This document shows, piece after piece, positions 44,864 to 54,645 of a stretch of 64,000 nucleotides of DNA. The position numbers and the translations under genes were made by a program. Within the stretch, counting starts at the first letter, position 1; each line of letters starts with the position of its first letter. Source of the DNA: a virus (taxonomy: Duplodnaviria > Caudoviricetes); the IMG/VR virus record IMGVR_UViG_2675903060_000001, positions 32,001 through 96,000 of that record; one strand, given 5' to 3'. The notes under the pieces are model-generated. The model did no database searches. It had not been told where the DNA came from and saw nothing but the letters and a program-made list of their open reading frames with translations.

Positions 44864-46915
44864 ATGACCGCCACGCCAACGGAGACGGACACCACTCGGG
44901 CTGCCGTACCGACGAGCGAAGCCGTCCTGGCCGCCGCCGGGCGGGCACCCGACCGCGACTTTCCCCTCGGTGGGGAGATGAACCGCGCCGCCATCACCTT
45001 GTGGGGGAAGTCCCGGATCGGTCTCGCCCCGGTCGGCGTCATCGCCGGCCTGGCCGCCGCCGGGCACGCCATGCATGAGAACGCCGCGAACCCGCTCATC
45101 GGCGTCGTGATTCCCGCCGCTGCGCTGGCTGCCGCGCTCACCAAACACCGGGTGCGCGCGTGGCTGGCTGCCGCGCCGTGGCGGCGCACCTGGGCGACCG
45201 GGTGCCTGGCCGCCGCCGCCGCGAGCACGTCCACCGTCGCCGTTCACGGGCTGCATGGCAACCTCGCTGCGCTGGTCGCGGCTGGGTCGCTGCTGGCCGC
45301 CCCGTGGTGGTGGGCGAACCGGTGGGTGCCGCGCCGGGCGTGGGAGGCTCCGGCCCGCCACGGCAAGCCGGACGCCGCCGGCGAGCAGCCGTCGGCGCAG
45401 ACCGCGACAGAGGGTGCGCAGCCGGTGCAGGCAGCGCCCACGCACCCCGCGATCGAGGCCGCCCGCCACCCGCACCAGGACCGCTGGGACAACACCCTCG
45501 GCAAGCATGAGCTGGCAGGCACCACACTGGAGGAGCCGCAGACGGTGCTCGACCACAAGGGCGAGCCGAACGGCGCCGCGTTCGTCATCAACGGCTCCGA
45601 CGCCCGCGTGTCCTGGACGAAGATATTTCAGCGGCTGTCGGACATCTACGCCACCTACGACGCCCCCAACGTGGAAAAACTCGTCCACGTCGAGCGGCAC
45701 CAGGGGTGGGAGACCCGCGCACGCCTGGTGATTCTCGAGCGTGACCCGTTCGCCGAGGTGATCGAGTGGTCGCGGCCCATGCTGGACGACAAGGGCACGG
45801 TGCCGTTCGCGGTCTACCCGGACGGGTCCGGGTGGGCGCCGTACACGCTGTACGTGCCGGGCTGGGGTACCCCGCACGACATGGTGGTTGGCGAGACCGG
45901 CGGCGGCAAGGGCGGCGGCCTGCGGCTGATCGCGATCGAGACGCTGGCGTTCGGCAGCCGCCTCGTCCTCATGGACCCGCACCTGACCGGCGCTCTGGAG
46001 GACTGCACCGGCCTGGTCCGCAACCCGCTGTCCACCCCCCAGGAGATCCTCGCCGGGATGCGCGGCATCGAGGCGGCGCTGGAGGAACGCATCATCATGC
46101 GCGCCGAGCTGGGCAAGGAGCGGTTCGGACCCGAGTTCGGGCATAACATCCTGCACGCGATGGTGGACGAGACGTCGCAGGTCATGACGATGGACAAGGA
46201 GATCGGTCGTATTCTCGGCCGCGTCTACCGGGAGGGCCGCAAGTTCTACGTCAAGGGGTCGCTCGCGGACCAGTCCACCGCGTTCGGTGACCTGCTCGGC
46301 CACTCCGGCGCGGTCATCCGTGACCAGGCGCAGGGCGGCAACACGATCTTGTACCGGATGTCGCCGCAGGAGGGGCGCCGCACCAACCCTGGTGTGCCGT
46401 TGCCGAAGCCGCCGCACGAGCTACCCCAATGGATCAACGAGGATCTGAAGATCCGCGCCACCGGCGTCGGGTACGTGCTGGGCGGCTCGTCGCGGGCGCT
46501 GATGTCGCGCACCCAGTGGGTCCCCTCGGAGGCGTTCGCCGCCTGGTGCCCGCCCGTCGAGCGGCAGGTGCTGGACGACCGCACCGAGGAGGCGTTCGAG
46601 CGCGGGTTCGAGCGGGCGATGGGCCGCATGACCGGCGACGAAGGCCAGCCCTCCCGCGACCGTGACCGCGACGAGGGAGCGGCCGGCGGCAAAGTGACGG
46701 CGCTGTACCCGCAGAGCGACCCCGACGAGGACGAGCGGTTGACGCGGCGGCTCCTGGAGTTCCTGCACGACCAGGGCGGGCACGCCACTCGCGCGCAGAT
46801 CTCCGACGCGGGGATCTGCCCGGCGACGAAGGCGCACCGGCTGCTGACCGAGCTGGAGAAGTCCGGCGAGGTCACCCAGCCGCAGCGCGGCGAGTTCCGG
46901 CTGCGTGCCTCGTGA
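44864..46915 (+). CDS. traB: TraB-like FtsK/SpoIIIE conjugative DNA translocase
   Basis: N-terminal TMs (APWWW), Walker A GETGGGKG, Walker B AMVDE, REGRK, ADQ, GVGYV, C-terminal wHTH. Confidence 0.85.
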   Translation: MTATPTETDTTRAAVPTSEAVLAAAGRAPDRDFPLGGEMNRAAITLWGKSRIGLAPVGVIAGLAAAGHAMHENAANPLIGVVIPAAALAAALTKHRVRAWLAAAPWRRTWATGCLAAAAASTSTVAVHGLHGNLAALVAAGSLLAAPWWWANRWVPRRAWEAPARHGKPDAAGEQPSAQTATEGAQPVQAAPTHPAIEAARHPHQDRWDNTLGKHELAGTTLEEPQTVLDHKGEPNGAAFVINGSDARVSWTKIFQRLSDIYATYDAPNVEKLVHVERHQGWETRARLVILERDPFAEVIEWSRPMLDDKGTVPFAVYPDGSGWAPYTLYVPGWGTPHDMVVGETGGGKGGGLRLIAIETLAFGSRLVLMDPHLTGALEDCTGLVRNPLSTPQEILAGMRGIEAALEERIIMRAELGKERFGPEFGHNILHAMVDETSQVMTMDKEIGRILGRVYREGRKFYVKGSLADQSTAFGDLLGHSGAVIRDQAQGGNTILYRMSPQEGRRTNPGVPLPKPPHELPQWINEDLKIRATGVGYVLGGSSRALMSRTQWVPSEAFAAWCPPVERQVLDDRTEEAFERGFERAMGRMTGDEGQPSRDRDRDEGAAGGKVTALYPQSDPDEDERLTRRLLEFLHDQGGHATRAQISDAGICPATKAHRLLTELEKSGEVTQPQRGEFRLRAS

Positions 46916-46926
46916 ACGGCAGCACG

Positions 46927-47538
46927 TCAGGAGGCCAGCCGCGTTATCCGCTGCCGCAGCAAGGGAGCCGCGACCTGGGCCGCGAGGAACCCCGCCGGGG
47001 GTTCCTCGCCAGCGCGTTCGGCGTACCAGGTCAGCGCGTCATGCACGCTCTGGCGGCCGACCCATTCGGTGGCCAGCTCGTCGGCCGCGTGGACCCGTTC
47101 ACGGAAAGCGGCAGCGCCGATCAGCCGCTCCCGCCAGCCGAAGAACACGCCGATGAGCGCGATGCCCCCGCTGAACATCAGCCACGGGCTGCCGGCCAGC
47201 ATGCCGAGCACGAAGGCGGCGATGCTCACCTTGGCCAGGGTGGGAGCCCACCACCCTGCGCGTTCGCGAGCGCGCTGCCCTGGAGCGTCGGCGAGGGAAG
47301 CGGAGGCGACTTCGACGGCGACGATGCCCTTGATCACGTCGCGCGGCGCCTCGATGGCCATCCGCTGGCCGACCGTGAGCACCGGCCGGGGCCTGTCCGG
47401 TGTTGGCCTGGCGACCGTGATGGCGATGCCGTCCCCGGCGACGAGCACGTCCGGGTCGCGGAACTGCTCGGGCACGGGGATCTCCGCGACCCGGTCGCGG
47501 ACGAGCTGCGCGTAGGACTCGGCGTGCGAGGGCTCCAT
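46927..47538 (-). CDS. Membrane protein, degenerate M48-peptidase-like
   Basis: Two TMs; RERVHAADELA and P.LRQRITRL resemble M48 C-terminus; no HExxH. Confidence 0.5.
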   Translation of the reverse strand: MEPSHAESYAQLVRDRVAEIPVPEQFRDPDVLVAGDGIAITVARPTPDRPRPVLTVGQRMAIEAPRDVIKGIVAVEVASASLADAPGQRARERAGWWAPTLAKVSIAAFVLGMLAGSPWLMFSGGIALIGVFFGWRERLIGAAAFRERVHAADELATEWVGRQSVHDALTWYAERAGEEPPAGFLAAQVAAPLLRQRITRLAS

Positions 47539-47601
47539 GCGCGCATGGTAAGTCCGGCCCCTACAGGTCGTACAGGACGGAATTCCCGCAGTGATCACGG
47601 C

Positions 47602-47931
47602 ATGCGACTGCTGATGCGGGTGTTGCCGCTGGTCGGATGGGTGGCCGCCGCGCCGCTGCTCGGCCTCGCCGCCGGCGTGACCCGAGCGGACCTGCTGCTC
47701 GTGGTGCCCGCGACGGCTCTGGCCGTGACCCTGGTCGCGGTGACCGTCCGGCGGCGCGTCTCCCCGTTTGCGCTTGCGCCAACGATCACCGCGACGGTAC
47801 TGCTGGCCGCCCTGACGTGGGGGCCGATCACCGGGGGCGCGCTGTGCGTCACCGCCGCCCTGGCCGCTGACCAGGCCATGAGCTTCCTGCGGCGGCCCCG
47901 CCGCAGGTCAACCGGCCCACGACGGGCCTGA
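47602..47931 (+). CDS. Small membrane protein
   Basis: Highly hydrophobic ORF. Confidence 0.55.
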   Translation: MRLLMRVLPLVGWVAAAPLLGLAAGVTRADLLLVVPATALAVTLVAVTVRRRVSPFALAPTITATVLLAALTWGPITGGALCVTAALAADQAMSFLRRPRRRSTGPRRA

Positions 47932-47945
47932 CGAAAGGAACACCC

Positions 47946-48344
47946 GTGATCAGAGTCATCTCGTTCGGGTTCGGTCACGAGCCCCCGCCGCGCGCCGACC
48001 TCGTCATCGACGTGCGCGAGCTCCTGCGCAACCCGCACCACGACCCCGCCTTGCGGGAGATGACGGGACTGGACGAGCCGGTCCGCCGCCACGTGCTGGA
48101 CACGCCCGGTGCGCTCGGGCTCCTCCACCACGTGGCGGCCACGGCATCCGCTCTCGCCGCCGACCTGGCGCCCCAGAACCGGACGGTCACGGTGGCCTGG
48201 GGATGCAGCGGCGGGCGGCACCGCGCCGCCGCCCTCGCCGAGGAAACCGCCGATCTGCTGTGGGCGTCGGGCGTGAACATCGTCCACGTCGAGCACCGCG
48301 ACGTGGACAAACCCCTCCTCGCCCCGCAGGAGGTGCAGGCATGA
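47946..48344 (+). CDS. RapZ/YvcJ C-terminal domain protein
   Basis: ISFGFGH..P..ADLVIDVR.LLRNP...TGLD..V; GCSGGRHR; VEHRD. Confidence 0.85.
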   Translation: MIRVISFGFGHEPPPRADLVIDVRELLRNPHHDPALREMTGLDEPVRRHVLDTPGALGLLHHVAATASALAADLAPQNRTVTVAWGCSGGRHRAAALAEETADLLWASGVNIVHVEHRDVDKPLLAPQEVQA

Positions 48345-48889
48345 AGACCTGCGACAACACCAGCGTCGGAGCCCTCATCTTCGACCAGCAGGGGCGGCTG
48401 CTCGTGTTCGACCGCAACACCGACCCGCCCGGCGTCGCCGGCCCGGCCGGGCACGTGGACGACCACGGCGGCCCTATGGACGCCGTCTGCACGGAGGTGT
48501 TCGAGGAGGTCGGGCTGACCGTCATGTCGGCCGAGCTGGTCACGGGCGGCTGGCACCCGAACCAGTGCCGCCGCCTGCCCGGCCCGCGCGGGGTCGGCCA
48601 CCAGTGGCAAATCTTCCGCGTCGAGGTCGCCGGGGAGCTGAACCCGAGCACGCGGGAGACCCGCAACGCGCGCTGGGCCGACCGTGTCGAGCTCCAGTCG
48701 CTGACGCATCGCACGATCGACTACGCCTGCGGGTGGCTCGCCTACGAGGAGTTCCGCGCCCGGCCGGGGATCGAGCCGGTGTGGCTGCCGACGCTCGTCG
48801 CCGTGGGCCTGGTGGACGTGGCGCCGGAGCAGATGGCGCTGTTCAAGGAACTCATCGCGCGGCCCCTTCCGCAGGGGGATCGCGCATGA
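48341..48889 (+). CDS. Nudix hydrolase (pSAM2 Pif-like context)
   Basis: PAGHVD......AVCTEVFEEVGL Nudix box. Confidence 0.85.
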   Translation: MKTCDNTSVGALIFDQQGRLLVFDRNTDPPGVAGPAGHVDDHGGPMDAVCTEVFEEVGLTVMSAELVTGGWHPNQCRRLPGPRGVGHQWQIFRVEVAGELNPSTRETRNARWADRVELQSLTHRTIDYACGWLAYEEFRARPGIEPVWLPTLVAVGLVDVAPEQMALFKELIARPLPQGDRA

Positions 48890-49224
48890 GCGGCGAGGTC
48901 ATCACCCGCTACGCCAACCGGGCTGGCGCGGTCGTCGAGCTGCACCACCAGCGGTTCACCACGAAGACCGATTATCGGGGCTACTACCACGACGAGACGT
49001 CGTTCGAGCTGAGCGGCTTCAACTGGCGCTGCTTGGGATGCGGTGTCACCGGGTGCAGCGACATCTACAAGGACCGTGCGTACCGCGACCTCGACAAGGC
49101 TCGCGCGGGTGGGCAGGAGCACGCCGACGCCTGCTCGGCGCTGCCACCCGAGGAGGAGCAGGAGGAACAGCGGCGACGCGGACTGTCCGCGTGGGTGTCC
49201 GGTCTTCTCGGGGGAGGGTCTTGA
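48886..49224 (+). CDS. Hypothetical Zn-binding protein
   Basis: WRCLGCG...HADACSALP. Confidence 0.65.
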   Translation: MSGEVITRYANRAGAVVELHHQRFTTKTDYRGYYHDETSFELSGFNWRCLGCGVTGCSDIYKDRAYRDLDKARAGGQEHADACSALPPEEEQEEQRRRGLSAWVSGLLGGGS

Positions 49225-49394
49225 TGTCCACCACTTCGGCTCGCCCAAAGCGTTCGCCGCTGGTCGCCGACGTCTTGTATGGCGTCGCGGGCGCGCTCGC
49301 CACCCTCGCGGTCGTCACCTACGCGGTGGCGGCCGTCACCGGCCGCACCACCAACCCCCTCGACCAGGCCGACAGGAGTCCCCGGTCATGCTGA
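49224..49394 (+). CDS. Small single-TM protein
   Basis: TGATG overlap; hydrophobic core. Confidence 0.5.
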   Translation: MSTTSARPKRSPLVADVLYGVAGALATLAVVTYAVAAVTGRTTNPLDQADRSPRSC

Positions 49395-50242
49395 TCCTTC
49401 CCTTCGCCGACATCCCCGGCAACACCCACCACGTCTCCGAGGACAACCCCGCCTACGTCACCCACGCCGATCAGTACCGGATGAGCTGGGCCACCATCAT
49501 CGAGCGGAGCCACCCGAACTGGGACGCGCTCACCGAGGGCTTCGTCGAGGAGTACCGGCCGACCGACACGTTCGGCGTCGCCGGTGCGGAGAGCCAGGAG
49601 CACTCCCTGATCTGGCTCGGCCCGGCCGACGTCATCGCCCGGCTCCAGGCCAACCCGGTCGATGTTCCGTGGTCGGAGTTCAACCAGCACGGCATCTGGG
49701 CCGACCGGTGGCCGAACGGCGACGCGTGGAACGCGCTGATCCCGCGCACCACGTGGAACCCGGACGGCCAGGGCGTCGTCACCGAGTACCCGTTCGAGGA
49801 CGGCAACGGCAGCGTCGTCGTGTACGAGATGCTCGGCCGGCCCGCGCTGCTGTCGCCGGGAGTGAGCGAGTCGCCGGAGGGGCCGACTCCGCTGGTTACC
49901 TGGCACTGCACCCGGTGCCACGAGGAAGGCGACAGCCGCGACCGGTTCATGTCGGCCGCCCCGTCCGACCGGCGGACGGTGTGCATGAAGGCGCGGAAGC
50001 ACATGCGGCCGGGCCAGTGCCGGGCCGAGGAGGCCAACGCCCGCGGCGACCGCATGGTGGCGGTCGTGCAGGAGGTGTTCGGTCGGCCCGTGACCGGCAA
50101 CACCGCGGGCCTGTACGCAGCCCAGTGCGCGACGAAGGACCTCGACCCGAACGGGATCATGATGACCAGCTCGTGCGCCGAGGTCAGCGAGGCACGGACG
50201 CACACCGACCGGCACCGCGTGGCGATTGGCGGCGGAAGCTGA
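49388..50242 (+). CDS. Hypothetical protein
   Basis: AGGAG RBS; WHCTRCH motif. Confidence 0.7.
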   Translation: MLILPFADIPGNTHHVSEDNPAYVTHADQYRMSWATIIERSHPNWDALTEGFVEEYRPTDTFGVAGAESQEHSLIWLGPADVIARLQANPVDVPWSEFNQHGIWADRWPNGDAWNALIPRTTWNPDGQGVVTEYPFEDGNGSVVVYEMLGRPALLSPGVSESPEGPTPLVTWHCTRCHEEGDSRDRFMSAAPSDRRTVCMKARKHMRPGQCRAEEANARGDRMVAVVQEVFGRPVTGNTAGLYAAQCATKDLDPNGIMMTSSCAEVSEARTHTDRHRVAIGGGS

Positions 50243-50568
50243 TGCCGTACGTGCACACGGACGGGCGGCCGGCCGGGGCCCGGATCACGCCGGAGACGCA
50301 TCCGGGCAGGTGGCTGCCGGAGGATGTGGCGCTGTTCCGGCAGGGCCTCTGCTGCCACGTCACCGAGCAGGGCAACTGGACCGGGACCACACACTGCGGT
50401 AAGCCGTCCGACCCGGAGGCGGACTTCGGCTACTGCACGGAGGACGCGCTGCGCAGCGAGGACGAGGGCGGCGCGAACTGGTGGTCCGGCTTGGGCGAGG
50501 AGCACGAAGACCCGTCCATCGACTGGAAGCGTGACCCGGCCCTGCTGGAGCAGCACGCACAAGGATGA
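50242..50568 (+). CDS. Hypothetical Cys-rich protein
   Basis: TGATG overlap; CC...HCG...YC. Confidence 0.6.
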   Translation: MPYVHTDGRPAGARITPETHPGRWLPEDVALFRQGLCCHVTEQGNWTGTTHCGKPSDPEADFGYCTEDALRSEDEGGANWWSGLGEEHEDPSIDWKRDPALLEQHAQG

Positions 50569-50872
50569 TCCGATCTTCCGACCAATCGGAATGATCAAGC
50601 AAGAGTGCAGGTCACAGGGCTAGTCGTGGCCTAGTGGACAGATCCAAGCAGGCGACCATATGGTGTCAGGCGACGCGCGTTGATCGCGTCTCTTGCGCCG
50701 CTATCCGAGGTGATCGTTTCGGAGAGCGGCGCGGAGACGCGATCATCCGGCCGCCAGCCCCTCAAGGTCGCGCGGGAAGGGCCTTACATGATCGAGAACA
50801 CGGAAAGTTGTGGCGCGACACGCCCGCGTGTCACTGGAATCGCGAATCGCATCTACGCCATCATTGGCCACC

Positions 50873-51112
50873 ATGAGCGGAAGCAGACCCGGACGCGATG
50901 CCACGGTGATCTACAAGCACACCATGCGCTACGAGCGGCAGGACGTCCTCGACGCAGTGAGGGCCCTGGCCGCCAGTCGGGGATCACTGTCACGTGCGGT
51001 CGAGGAACTGCTTGCTTCTGCGCTCGGCCTGGGCGACCAGCGCCCGGACGACGAGCAGCAGCAGCTCACGCTCGGCCAGTCCACACCCCACGACAGGATG
51101 GTGGCTGCCTAG
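50873..51112 (+). CDS. Small ribbon-helix-helix-like regulator upstream of rep
   Basis: HTMRY...LDAVRALAA..GSLSRAVEELLASALG...QQQLTL. Confidence 0.55.
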   Translation: MSGSRPGRDATVIYKHTMRYERQDVLDAVRALAASRGSLSRAVEELLASALGLGDQRPDDEQQQLTLGQSTPHDRMVAA

Positions 51113-51154
51113 CCGAAGGGCAGGCGCTTCACCGTGAAGGAGAACCCCTAACAA

Positions 51155-51184
51155 CAAGAAAGCCCCGCAGAGCGGGGCGTTTCT
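51155..51184. terminator. Hairpin in rep leader (terminator/attenuator)
   Basis: AGAAAGCCCCGC-AGA-GCGGGGCGTTTCT. Confidence 0.55.
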
Positions 51185-51344
51185 CTGACGAGCGATCCAC
51201 TACGTCGTTCGGCTCCAGGTTTCCTAGGCCACGAGAGCTGAGCAACAAGGAGGATCGTCCGGCCGGTTTGACCGCGTCGGCCTGGTTGGCCGCCCGCGGG
51301 CTTTGTTGTGCCTCCTGACCCACATCAGAAAGGCAATCGCCATT

Positions 51345-52649
51345 ATGGCATCCGAACGTGCGGCCATGCCAGCATGCGCCGAAACAGGAACCGTGGCGTG
51401 TCGGACACGCGCCACCAAAACGCCCGCGCAGCAGCGTCGTAGCGGCGTTCGCTGGACGGTGCTCTCCGGCGTGTCGGACCTGCCCGACCTCATGGCCGGG
51501 CCGTCGCGGGCGGTCATCGCCGCCGCGGTGCCGCGCGGCATGCGGCGGGCCGGCTCGCAGCAGGAGTGGCTGCGCACCCTCAAGGAGGACCTGGAGGTCC
51601 TGGAGCTCCGGGCCGATGGCTACTCGAACCTGCTGCGGGTCGCGAACCTCATCGTGTGGGCGGCCGACTGGTCCACGCTGTGCTCGCGGCCGACGATCGC
51701 GCGGATCGTGGACGTGACCGGCCTGGCCCGGCCGACCGTGAAGCGGTGGATCAGGTGGCTGCGGGATCGGGGCTGGCTCGGCGTTGTCGAGCAGGGGAGC
51801 ACCTGCCGCTTCCGGAAGGGCACGGGCGCGGGCCTGCTGGATGACGGCCTGGGGAACCGGGCCGCGCTGTGGGTGCTGGCCGTGCCTCGCCGCACCGCTC
51901 GTGATCACCGCCAGGAACCGGCCGTTGACCAGCCTGAACAGATAAGTGAACCCCCCTCTGTTTCTCTCCGTAGGAGAGAAACTAGCTCTCCCACGCGCAC
52001 GCGCGAGGAAAGATCACCTCGCCGTCGCAGCTCACGCATCTCGCCTACGTGGTCCTTGCACGACACGGCCAGGACGAAACGCGACAAGATCGCCCTATGC
52101 GAGCGGCTTCGTGCGGAGGACCCGCTCCTGCGGCGCGTCACGGCCTGGTACCTCCGGTGGTGGCTGGCCCCCTTCATCGATGAGGGGTGGACGGCGGCCG
52201 ACGTGCTGCATGCGCTGAACGTGCGTCCGGATGACTCGCGGTGGACGTACACGTGGTCGAGCGCGTCGGAGATCCGGCATGTGCCGGGCTGGGTGCGGCA
52301 CCGGCTGGCGGCGTGGCTGGACTCCGAGGGGCGGCCGGTGCCGTCGCGGTCGCAGCGGCGTGCGGCGGCCGACGCCGCCCGGCGGGCGGAGCAGGCGGCG
52401 CGGCGGGCGGAGCGGGCGCGGATGGCCGCTGCCGCAGGGTGGCTGGAGGTGCCTGGGCCGCGTCCGGCGGCCGAGGACGACGGCCACCCCGTCGAGGCGG
52501 TGGCGTCCACGCCGGCGGCCGGGCCGAACGCGGCGTGGCGGAAGGCCCGTGCGGAGACCGAGCGTCGGCGGCGGGAGAAGGAGGCGGCCGAGCTGGCGGC
52601 GCTGGCCGCGTGGGAAGCACGGCGGCGGGCTGAGCGGAGGTCGGTGTGA
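51345..52649 (+). CDS. Plasmid-type replication initiator (wHTH Rep, actinobacterial pLR7/pCLP-like)
   Basis: ADWSTLCSRPT..I...TGLARPTVKRWIRWLRDRGWLGVVEQGS; NRAALWVL; GWTAADVLHAL; GWVRHRLAAW; start uncertain. Confidence 0.7.
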   Translation: MASERAAMPACAETGTVACRTRATKTPAQQRRSGVRWTVLSGVSDLPDLMAGPSRAVIAAAVPRGMRRAGSQQEWLRTLKEDLEVLELRADGYSNLLRVANLIVWAADWSTLCSRPTIARIVDVTGLARPTVKRWIRWLRDRGWLGVVEQGSTCRFRKGTGAGLLDDGLGNRAALWVLAVPRRTARDHRQEPAVDQPEQISEPPSVSLRRRETSSPTRTREERSPRRRSSRISPTWSLHDTARTKRDKIALCERLRAEDPLLRRVTAWYLRWWLAPFIDEGWTAADVLHALNVRPDDSRWTYTWSSASEIRHVPGWVRHRLAAWLDSEGRPVPSRSQRRAAADAARRAEQAARRAERARMAAAAGWLEVPGPRPAAEDDGHPVEAVASTPAAGPNAAWRKARAETERRRREKEAAELAALAAWEARRRAERRSV

Positions 52650-52966
52650 TGGCGGACGCGCAGGCGTGGGCGGCTCTGGCGCGCGAATGGCTGAAGGCGA
52701 CCTCGCCGCGGGCGGCCCAGGCGATGCGGGAGCAGGAGCAGGAGGCGGCCCGGCGCCGCCGGGACTGGCGGCCGGGCGAGCACTGGCGGGGGAAACGCGC
52801 CGACGCCGACGCCGCCCAGGAGGTGGAGCAGGTGCGGTGGGCGACGGAGCCCGAGCCGGCGGCCGGCCCGAGCGAGGAGGAGATCGAGCGGGCACGGACG
52901 GCGTTGGAGCGGGAGATGGCGCTGGCGCGGGCTCGTGCTCGTGCCCGGCAGGAGCGGGGGCAGTGA
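52646..52966 (+). CDS. Hypothetical protein coupled to rep
   Basis: GTGA overlap; charged helical. Confidence 0.6.
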   Translation: MMADAQAWAALAREWLKATSPRAAQAMREQEQEAARRRRDWRPGEHWRGKRADADAAQEVEQVRWATEPEPAAGPSEEEIERARTALEREMALARARARARQERGQ

Positions 52967-52973
52967 GTGATTG

Positions 52974-53218
52974 CGTGTCCCGCGACAAGATCGATCTACG
53001 TTGTAAAGACCCGCGTGCCGCACAGCCGTCCGGGCGGGTGCCCTGGTCGTGCTGCTCTCCCTGCCGGTGATACCGGACATGCGGGCAGGATTCCGGCTCT
53101 CGATGATGAGGAGCCGCGCCCGGTGCTGTGGGGGAGGGGCGTGCGGTGCGCTGGTCGTGGCGGGTTTGTGCAGCTCGCTCAGCTTTACGCCGTAGATTCG
53201 ATCTTGTCGCGGGACACG
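52974..53218. repeat. 35-bp inverted repeat pair (52974-53008, 53183-53218), candidate replication origin
   Basis: CGTGTCCCGCGACAAGATCGA(A)TCTACG..GTAAAG; ACAAGATC core also at ~52084, ~53400, ~53481. Confidence 0.7.
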
Positions 53219-53298
53219 GGCTGCGGCCTGGGGGCCGGGCCGGTGGCGCGGGTGGCCGGGAGTTCCGGCGTTCGGCGGCTCGGCCGAAGCGGCGCGAG

Positions 53299-53399
53299 AC
53301 GCGCGGGAAGGTCTTCATGGTCGCCACTCGCAGGCGAACGGCGGTCCGCACGTGTTGCCGCTACCGCCAACGATGATCTTGGCGGAGAATCGCTCTCAG
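53299..53399. repeat. Copy 2 of the ~100-bp element at 3705-3810
   Basis: Shared 26-mer (53299-53324) and 15-mer (53385-53399). Confidence 0.75.
53354..53371. promoter_or_regulatory. 18-bp palindromic site, copy 5 (GTTGCCGCTACCGCCAAC)
   Basis: Consensus match. Confidence 0.6.
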
Positions 53400-53529
53400 A
53401 CAAGATCATTAACGTCTGAACTGCACCTATGCCTTACATATACATACGTGCGCGAAGTGGTAGACTGGAGACAGCACCACACAAGATCAAAACAGGCAGT
53501 GACCAGGCCAAACCCCCGAAGGAGCCACC

Positions 53530-54417
53530 GTGAACCTGCCCCCGATCATCCACCGCGTCCCCACCGGCCGTCCCAGCCCCGCCGACATCGGCGACGCCAA
53601 CCGCGACATCGACCCCCTCGAACAGGTCCGCCTCGTCGCCAACGCGCTCGTCCAGGAACTCACCGAGTACCACCACCCGTGGATTCCCCTCTTCCAGGTC
53701 CGCGACGCCGCCACCAACCTCCTGACGGGCGACCACGCCACCGGCACGTGGCACGAACGCACCTCCGCCGTCTACGCGGACCTGGAGCGGGGCCTGCTGG
53801 ACGGCAGCCTGTACGACCTCGCCGAGAACGAGGGCGACGCCACCACCACGGTCCACGCCGGTCGCGTGGCCAGCCTCGCCGCCACCGAGCACCTGCGCCG
53901 CCACGACACCCCCGCCTGGGAGGTCGTCCACGAGGTCTGGGCGGAGACGCTGTGCCGCGCCCTCGACTACCTCGCCGCCAACGGCCACGGCCGGAACCTG
54001 CCCCGCATGTTCGAGGCATTCGACGCTCTCGACCACTACGACGCCGCCACCGGCAAGGCCCTCATCCAGCACCTGACCGCCGTCCCCGCCGACGACATCG
54101 CCACCATCACCCCCTCCCAGGTCCTCGCCGACGCGCGGGCCGCCGGCGCCCGCCCCGAGCACGTCCTGGACGCCACTGCGGTCGCCATCACGTCGGTGCT
54201 GGCACCGGTGGCGGGCTGCAACTTCCACGACATGCTGCCCGACGCGGCGGCCGACGTGCGGTCGTCGGCGCACCGCTGGCTGGACGAGACGCACGACATC
54301 GACGCCTACGCGGACGGGTTCACCTACGAGGGCCTGTCCGAGCAGCAGGTGTCCGGGATGCTCGACCACGTCGCGGAGTTCGCCCGCATGTACGACTGGT
54401 ACGCCGACCAGCGATAG
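53530..54417 (+). CDS. Acidic hypothetical protein
   Basis: AAGGAG RBS; TAGACT -10-like element at 53461. Confidence 0.75.
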   Translation: MNLPPIIHRVPTGRPSPADIGDANRDIDPLEQVRLVANALVQELTEYHHPWIPLFQVRDAATNLLTGDHATGTWHERTSAVYADLERGLLDGSLYDLAENEGDATTTVHAGRVASLAATEHLRRHDTPAWEVVHEVWAETLCRALDYLAANGHGRNLPRMFEAFDALDHYDAATGKALIQHLTAVPADDIATITPSQVLADARAAGARPEHVLDATAVAITSVLAPVAGCNFHDMLPDAAADVRSSAHRWLDETHDIDAYADGFTYEGLSEQQVSGMLDHVAEFARMYDWYADQR

Positions 54418-54420
54418 TTC

Positions 54421-54438
54421 GTTGGCGGTTCCGCCAAC
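54421..54438. promoter_or_regulatory. 18-bp palindromic site, copy 6 (GTTGGCGGTTCCGCCAAC)
   Basis: Perfect 8-bp arms. Confidence 0.75.
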
Positions 54439-54645
54439 AAATCTCCAAACGCGTAGCGGCCGAACCCACGCCACATGGGTTCGGCCGCTCATAGCAACAA
54501 CTGACCTACCACGCCCCCACCACGAAGGCGTGCCCCGCGCCGGAATCGGCATCAGGGAGAACAACCAGTGCTCCCACGATAACGCACCGCGCGGCCCGCA
54601 CGACAACACCGAACCCGATCACCGCCCGACGCGATGGGAGACCCC

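Noticed and set aside
52967-53419. 150-aa ORF downstream of rep
   Set aside because: Runs over inverted repeats and regulatory motifs; likely non-coding
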